NCBI RefSeq assembly: GCF_964204645.1
Contig: NC_134025.1
Span: 6,014,001-6,078,000 of the forward strand
Length of the DNA: 64,000 nucleotides
Source of the DNA: Tubulanus polymorphus
Lineage: Eukaryota > Animalia > Nemertea
Direction: 5' to 3'
The position numbers and the translations under genes were made by a program. Every line of letters starts with the position of its first letter. Positions within the stretch are counted from its first letter, which is position 1. The notes beneath the pieces are model-generated. The model was not told the DNA's origin. It ran no database searches and saw nothing but the letters and a program-made list of their open reading frames with translations. Positions 19,946-64,000 of this stretch are shown one piece after another.

Positions 19946-22017
19946 CGATAAGCTTTTGAACTTTGTAGTGTGGTTGATCCGGGTCATAGATATATAGACT
20001 AGGGGTCATTCATTTAGTAAATACGCATTGGGGAGGGGTCTGTGTAATTTCGTAATGCTTAATGTAGGCTGTATGAAAAAGTGGCCAAGAAACTTAAAGA
20101 ACTCAAAGTTTGTAGTAAAAGAAAAGAAACAATTACTGCATCAAAAATAAAACTTTTTATTAGTCAAATTGTCAACAATCTTTGAAGATTAAGTTAAATT
20201 CATTGGATTAACTACATGAGTTGACTGAACTGAAAATCGATCCATAAATTGCCCATCATTACCTTAAGAAAATAAAATCCAAGTTAGGAAGGCCTACACG
20301 AATGCCTAGGTCTGGTAAACCAAAATGATAATTTCAAAAAACGTCTAGAAGTCTCGGTCCAGCAATAAGTAACTTCAAATTAGAATTCAGAATATAAAGT
20401 TATCTATCAAAAACTTGCGACGTCTGCTGTATTCATGGAGGAGTTAACAGAACAGAATTGCAGTGTTCACTTTTCAGCAGTTCTAATCATCAATTGATAT
20501 GTTTACAGGAAATCTCAAAATAGTTCAAATAATTATCTCTATCAGTTTTTCAGTATGTATGTCTTAGAAACATTGGATGTTGAGTCTGGAATCTTAAACA
20601 CAACGATTAAATCATGGATTAAACCAATTCGTTTTAGAGTCCATGATTAAATGAAAAAAATAAATTGCACAAAAATGCATTTGAATAGTTGGTAGAATAT
20701 TGATGCGTAGATACCAGTGTCACGTCGAAGTTCTTATTATAACTTTTCAAAGTCGGATTCTTCAGTGTTCGGATTCATTGACTCGGGGGTTTGCACAATA
20801 CAATCTTTATACAAATTGTGACAATTATTCTTGTATCACCTTGGATTTTTTTTTCGTGGAAAACTTGCCGTGAAATTAATAGTTAATCACCTACAATCTT
20901 TTCGTTGTCATGATAATTAAACATATCGTGTTGTATCGTTTTCGCAGTCGATTAAGGCCTATTGGCCTATAATTTGACTGCCTCGACGTTTCACTTAAGT
21001 TGCCAGTCGTTTCCCTCAATTCCGGGAAACATTCAAGCCCAAGGCTCTCGACCCCCGAAGTAGGAAATGCTTTTCTTGCCAGTGTTTCATGACCAAGACG
21101 TTATTTGACTAAAGCATTTTTAGATGGAGCATACACATATCTTTCCAACGGCGAGCTCCAACCACTGTGGCGGAGAAGGAAGTAGGGACTGATCAACGAA
21201 GAATGCTCAATTTTTGGTTGGATCTCGTAGCACTAAGGAGTCTCCGACCCTGTAATTGTTATTTACCTGACTAGATCGTAAACCGGCAGTTTATGTCGTC
21301 TCTTGCTCTTCGATAACTCAACTATGGATTTCAAATGACAATGCAGGATGCATATCTCAAAAGTCTATCAGTAACAAATTGATTTTTTCACTAACATTGA
21401 TTTATGAAAGGAAATGTGCAAATTAATCGGTAATCAACGGTAAGGCCATCAGTAACATCATCGCCTATCACCATCATCTTCAATCGGTGTAATCCCATCG
21501 TCAAATTGCTTATGGCTGCTGACTAGCCTCTTCTCCCGATAGCTGTCATCATAACGCGATTTTGTTGTTTTAGTCGCAATAAAAAGCGATAAAGATCTTA
21601 TTAGATCCCCGAAAAGTGGATGTATTAGGATCGTAGCTATCATATAGGCATGTACAGCGACCTGCCGTGCTCAATCGTGTGGTCGACCATTTCCAGGTCC
21701 GAACCTTGGAGTAATCAGACTGATTAATCCAAGGACTAAACTGACATCGGTTTCGTTTAATTCAACTATAGTCGACTAACTCGCTACTCCCAATAACCGT
21801 AGTTCGTCCGCTGAGGGTTGAGACCGGCAACCAGTCTAGCTATCAATCAGTGTCCGGTTTCTACGTCCAATTCTGCGTAATTTCGGTAACGCGCGACACC
21901 CGGAACTCATGGAACTCTAAATTCAAATCAAAATTCTTTGAAGATGAACATTGGGGCCCTTATTTCATGAAATAAGCTTAACATATCTAACTCAATTGTC
22001 AAAAAATAGATACAGCC

Positions 22018-58666
<36,649 letters not shown>

Positions 58667-58833
58667 TAGCTGCGTTTTATGATCGAACGAACTGTAAAGA
58701 ACTGTAGGCAGCTCATCAATTCTGTTTTTAAATTCTTTTTTTAAAAAGTTTGCTCCAATTCAAAATATTTCCCGATAACGTGTCTGCTAGCGATATGTAC
58801 ACACAGATATTTCGAACGTGCATTTATAAAACG

Positions 58834-58839
58834 AATAAA
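58834..58839 (+). terminator. Candidate polyadenylation signal of XRN2
   Basis: First AATAAA ~170 nt after the TAG of the last exon. Confidence 0.55.
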
Positions 58840-61800
58840 ATCTTAATTGAATTGCTGAATGCTAATATTTGTGTAAGAAAATATTGACTACTTTTAGGAG
58901 GTTTTTTGATTTTGTTATGTTATATGGATAGATGGAGCTACTAAGGCATGAAATGAAGGGTTATACGTGTAGTACTTTTTATAAAAAAAACTAAGTGTCT
59001 TCGAGATTTTTTTTTATTGCAAGAAATAATTTTTTCGAGCCTATATACATATATGAATGGGGCCATTTGCACTATTCGCTATTATCACGCTCTTAATTGG
59101 CCTCTTAAACATCAGAACAGCCTAAGTTCTATAGGCATTTTAAACAATAAATTATATGAAATAATTCGGTGACAATCGTTGAGTAGGAACTCTCGATGTG
59201 GTTCTTTTGCTTGTATAGCACTAGAAATTCGCAAACATATTTGCGCTTGAGTCGCGGGGTATTGTGAGCTAGATGGTGTTTAACAGTCGCCTAGATGCCA
59301 GTCTTCGCTACTTGGCCTTGTTTTTCGTGAATGATAGTAGCAATTTGATATTAAACCAGCACCACTTTGAAATGTTCACCATGACATATCTGCAAACAAT
59401 ATTCAGCGGCCTTTTGACACTATTTTTGAGCGCTTCTGTCTCTCGCAGTTGCATTTGACGACATTTTGCCGCTAAAACCGTGTTTATAATTTTGCGAAAT
59501 ATGTACATACGTAAGTTGTATTTAGGGAAGATGAAATGAAACATATATACATGTACGTATTTGGCGATTTATGTGAAATGTCAAAGAAGAAACTATTGTA
59601 TAGATTTATCGTAAAATCATGGTTTATGTATTTTTTTCCTTTGTGAAAACGGATTTTGAATCTTTGTGAAGAATAAAGGTGTATCATCCAAAAAAAGCTT
59701 GAAGTCTCGTTCTGTCGATTTTTAATTGCGTGCAAATTTGAATCTCATCCATACAGTGCTGCCACTCTTGGCCGCACCGGAAAATTTTTCCCAAGCTACG
59801 CACGTTTTCGCATTACCGGTACACCGTCCGAACCGGAGTAGACTGTCTTATGCCAAATGCAAATTTTAAAGATTGAAAGTGAGAGTTAAGATTTCTGACC
59901 GAAATGATGATTGTTTTTGCGATAGAAAAGGAAATACCCTGTTGAGTAGTGCGGCGGAGTCAACTGAAAAAAAACCTGTCCTACCGTTTAGTCGCCTGGA
60001 TGTCCTCGACTGTACTGACTGTGTTTATCACGTTTATACCAATGAACAATACGAGATGAATTCATCCCCTCGGGCTGCTGAATCCAGTTTCATCACTCAT
60101 TGTAACACCGTATCCTGAGCAGCGTGAAGCGAGCTTTATTTCACTTCACAATTTCCCAAGTACACTAGAATTACTGCCCTATACACATAAACTATGAAAG
60201 CCTTTTAATTGAATGCACTGATGAACAGGTAATATTTGTGTGTTGGATGGATTTGTAGTTGGTTTATCGCTGCACAAGGGCTGTTAACTATTTAGCGTGA
60301 ACAAAAACGAGGGCTTTTACCACTGATTAAAAGCCCCTGACTTATTCGGCGTGGTTTATTCGCCGATTCTCCGGTATAAAAGGCGTTAATTTAGCACAAT
60401 TTTTGAGTAAAGCACTCGGCAGTATTTCCGGGATCCTTACTATCTATCTCGTTACCATACACGCAAACCGCGATGGACGATGGCGTGAATGAGTGCGCAA
60501 AAAACACACACGAATCCGTCCCTTTACTTTTCACATTATCGCTGAAGCTTAGCAGTAGGTAATCGTGGAAAACAGGCATCGTACTATCGGGCGCGAATCG
60601 ATGAGAATTAGAAACTTCGGTGGTCAATAGAAATAGTGAGTTCAAATACATGAACACTGATTAATTTGGGAGTGGGGTGTCGATTTTGGTCCTCGATTCA
60701 TAAAGTTGATTCATAATGATTCAAGATTCTATCAGATGTGGCCAGTCTTAATTGGTCGTTATGTCGTTAGATCAGATTGTCATTGTTTCGTAAGTGACAT
60801 CCCACGGAGACAAGCGACTCGATATTTACTAGACTACGCCATTAAAATTCTGTCACGCAGTTGAAATCAATTATAAAATACGGTCCTAGAACCCTGTGGT
60901 GCCCAGGCCATCTTGAGTATCATTTTCTGCTCGAATTCTCACTTAAAAATCAACGACGAAAATTCGGTGCAACTTGGAGCTTGGATACGCCGAAAAAGAA
61001 GTATGGTCCGGTCTGTTGGGGATTGTTAGCGAGCGCCGCTCTTTATGGCTCTTCAGTTCGGACAATACATTTTACACACGGGGCAGATCCCGTGAGATAT
61101 ACTTCAACAAGTCACCCAACAAAATCTCATAATCTTCAACTAATTGCTGTATAGACGCTCGGGTAATTTATCTTCAAAGACATTCGTCGATTTTTTTTTG
61201 TATAGTTTATCGTGTTGTCCCTTGAGTAAGCCGTCGGCTTGTTCGCTCGTTTCTGGGGGGCTTGCGACGAGCTGTTATGCAACATCTAAAAAGTAGCACA
61301 CACGACACTGAGTGACCGGGGCACTACTACCTGCGAGGCCCATGTTTTGTATTGTACCCGTGTCCTAACGCCCCCGGGCCGTTCTACACAATCCTGTATA
61401 GGTGCTTTATTACAGTTGTATACGTAGTGCCTTGGGCAGTAAATGCTATTGAAATAACATTTTTTTCTCAATTTGCGTGAGGAGTTCTATGACATGTGGC
61501 CCTGAGAATGTGATGTATGATTGAAAAATTGAAAGCTTTTTGTCATCTCGCTACACAACATGTTAGTCATTTGTATACTTACTACTTTGAGAGACAATTA
61601 GACATGGTCCTGATGGTTTGCCTGGAAACAGAGACATTCATGATTAAGGATTGTTCAGGATTTTTACCTATAAACCTTTAGACGTTCGATATTAGCTGGA
61701 TTATTAAGTGATTTTCGCTGAAATGTGAAAGCCCTCGAATGCTCAACGTGGCATTTGAAATATATGTTAAGTTGCTCGATATAAAGGTGAAGGAGCTCGG

Positions 61801-64000
61801 TAAAATCTAACAAGTGCCAAATAAGTATAGTACAGCTCAGTTGGAAACCGTACCTTGATACAAATTTCAAGACATCAAAAACCTACAATTAAGGGCCAAG
61901 CAGTTGATTTTCATTATCGAACCGTCATTTAAGAAGCTTTGATCGCGACAGGGCGTCACTAATCACATTCAGACGACAATCTCTTGCTTGCGCGTATGAA
62001 TGTGACCAGTAGCTGGTGTACGGCGTCTCCCGCAGCAAGAATCAGCCCCGTACCAGGCGCACACAATAGTCGATAGAACCCTCAGATGGCTAGGGTCACC
62101 GGGCTTTACCTGATAATTATAGTATCGTGTATTTTGTGATTTGTTGGTAAACACACAATCAAAAGATGCTTATCTCGTATATTGGACCTAATTGAATCGG
62201 GTGAAACGACTTCCTCCATCAGGGGGCTTCTTTTTAATTGACATAGAGAGATAGTATATCGAATGAACAGAATGGGTTGAGTAATTTTTCCCATGGATCC
62301 ACGTGCAAATGCAATAACTTCCTCTTATTTTGAATAGAAATATATTAATCTCGATCGCACAATTAGCTCGTTAAACGATTAATGTAGATCTGATAATTTT
62401 ATTGTTAAGTAAAGTATAGGAAGAGGGTTTTAAGAATCAGCTTCGCGTTTACATCTCGAACTCGTTGAAGAGCCAAGTTGTGTAAACTATATGGAATTAA
62501 TGTCGAAACATTGAACATAAATCCCTGTGAATTGGCATATTTCTATTATCTAACTGTATCCGTCCGTAAGCGAGCACCAATTTATTAATCCGTCGGATAG
62601 AATGATGATTTTTCGCATGCGTTCACGGGACGAATAAGAAGTTTTAGATGGCATACGGTAGGCTTCACTCGGCCCTTCCTCGTTAATCGTTACAACGGCG
62701 CGATGAATAGAGCGACGTTATTGAAGGGGATGTATCCGTGAAAGCGTTTTTAAGCCCCAGTACAAGAGATTGGGTACAGCTGACCGAAAAACGTTTTATC
62801 TCGGCTCACAAAAGACGTTTTATATTTTACAGTTAATTTGTCGACGACAATGCGCGCGCGGATAAGATTTAACCGAGTTTTAGGAGGTGTATTCGTCGTC
62901 GTAGAATGATCGGTATTGTTATAACCACCGGCTTCCTCTTCTAGAGTGCCATTTCCGACACCTTCGCGTCGACGATGCATTTGAGAATTCCCATCAGCGA
63001 TCGTCTGGCGATTATAGCGACATGAGTTGATCAACAAAGAAAAAGATTCATCTTTGGGGGCTTTGCTGAAATTCGAAGCCTAACCCGATCCCCAGCTTAA
63101 TTTGACTTCAGTAATTTTTTTGTGCATGTAGATAACATAATCTTGATAAACCGTATTTTTGTTGACTAACGAATTAAAGAAAACGATCAGTACTTTCATC
63201 AGGTATTTGATCCTAATCTAGAATTTCATGCTGGGTTGACACAGTCTACAGCGCATGGAACACGCTAGAGGTAATGCCAGCGGCGGAATTACAGATGACA
63301 GCGACAAAAGTCAAAGAACGCGCGGTACAGAAATTCAGCCGAGATAATTGGGCGAATTACGGGCAACGATGTCGGTACGCAGAGAACGTTTCAGTCCGAC
63401 AATTAGCAAATTACCAAGGCGGGCTTGACTGAATAACGGAACTTAAGTGATTCTCTGAGTTCTTTTACCTGGCGATTAACGACTAGGTGAGAGTTATAGA
63501 GCCCGTCTAAGATCACCGTGAAGAGCACGTCCCATACAAGATAACAACCCTCTCCACGACGGTCGAGATTTCGCCGAGTATCGATGACTGTTATGGTGCC
63601 GGAAGCCGGTAGTCTAACGAAGCCACTTCGAGCCGACTTGCTGGTACTTCTTCGGGTCTCAGATCTGCGAAAAAAAGAACTGAATTGAGGCGGTATAATT
63701 CACATGCCTGACTTGAATACGTAATGATTAAGCCAATGCAGGGTGTGGTCGACCGCGTCATGTACGTTATCGCTTTCTTTCGCTCTGCTTTTTTCAAATC
63801 TCATGTTGACCTTAAACATGCGTGTATATATCTAGATATTTTGACACGTATATATTCATCCATCCAAACTGATAATAATAATCGTCCCTATAATCTAATA
63901 GTATCGACGAATAAGCAAGTTAGTTTGAATTTTGGGGGAATAGGAACTAATTGAACTAACTTTTCTGCAGTGCTACTCCGCGCGTGCGGTACATGTCAAC

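Noticed and set aside
21450-21555. C/D snoRNA on the minus strand upstream of XRN2 (ATGATGA ... CTGA)
   Set aside because: No terminal stem and no recognisable rRNA guide; these motifs are frequent by chance.

Overview
AT-rich, intron-containing animal genomic DNA, most likely from a marine invertebrate (inferred from gene content and repeat types; the species cannot be identified from the window). From left to right it holds: (1) a ~1.4-kb tandem duplication interrupted by a 5'-truncated, inactivated non-LTR retrotransposon; (2) a 1.78-kb non-autonomous DNA transposon with ~450-bp TIRs; (3) an NRAMP/SLC11 metal transporter gene with two candidate first coding exons; (4) an 8-exon radical-SAM gene of the ArsS-like/DUF3641 family; (5) XRN2, compact for 26 exons and then stretched over ~30 kb by three large 3' introns. 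The main finding is in gene 4: its last conserved Cys codon is an in-frame TGA, followed 50 nt later by a canonical form-2 SECIS. This predicts a selenoprotein that ORF callers truncate, from a family whose characterised cyanobacterial member makes arsenosugars. Other findings: a pair of 135-nt, same-phase XRN2 exons that look mutually exclusive; a TSD-flanked Penelope-type insertion carrying a minimal hammerhead ribozyme; and several MITE families. All gene models were read and spliced by eye, and no database search or folding program was run.
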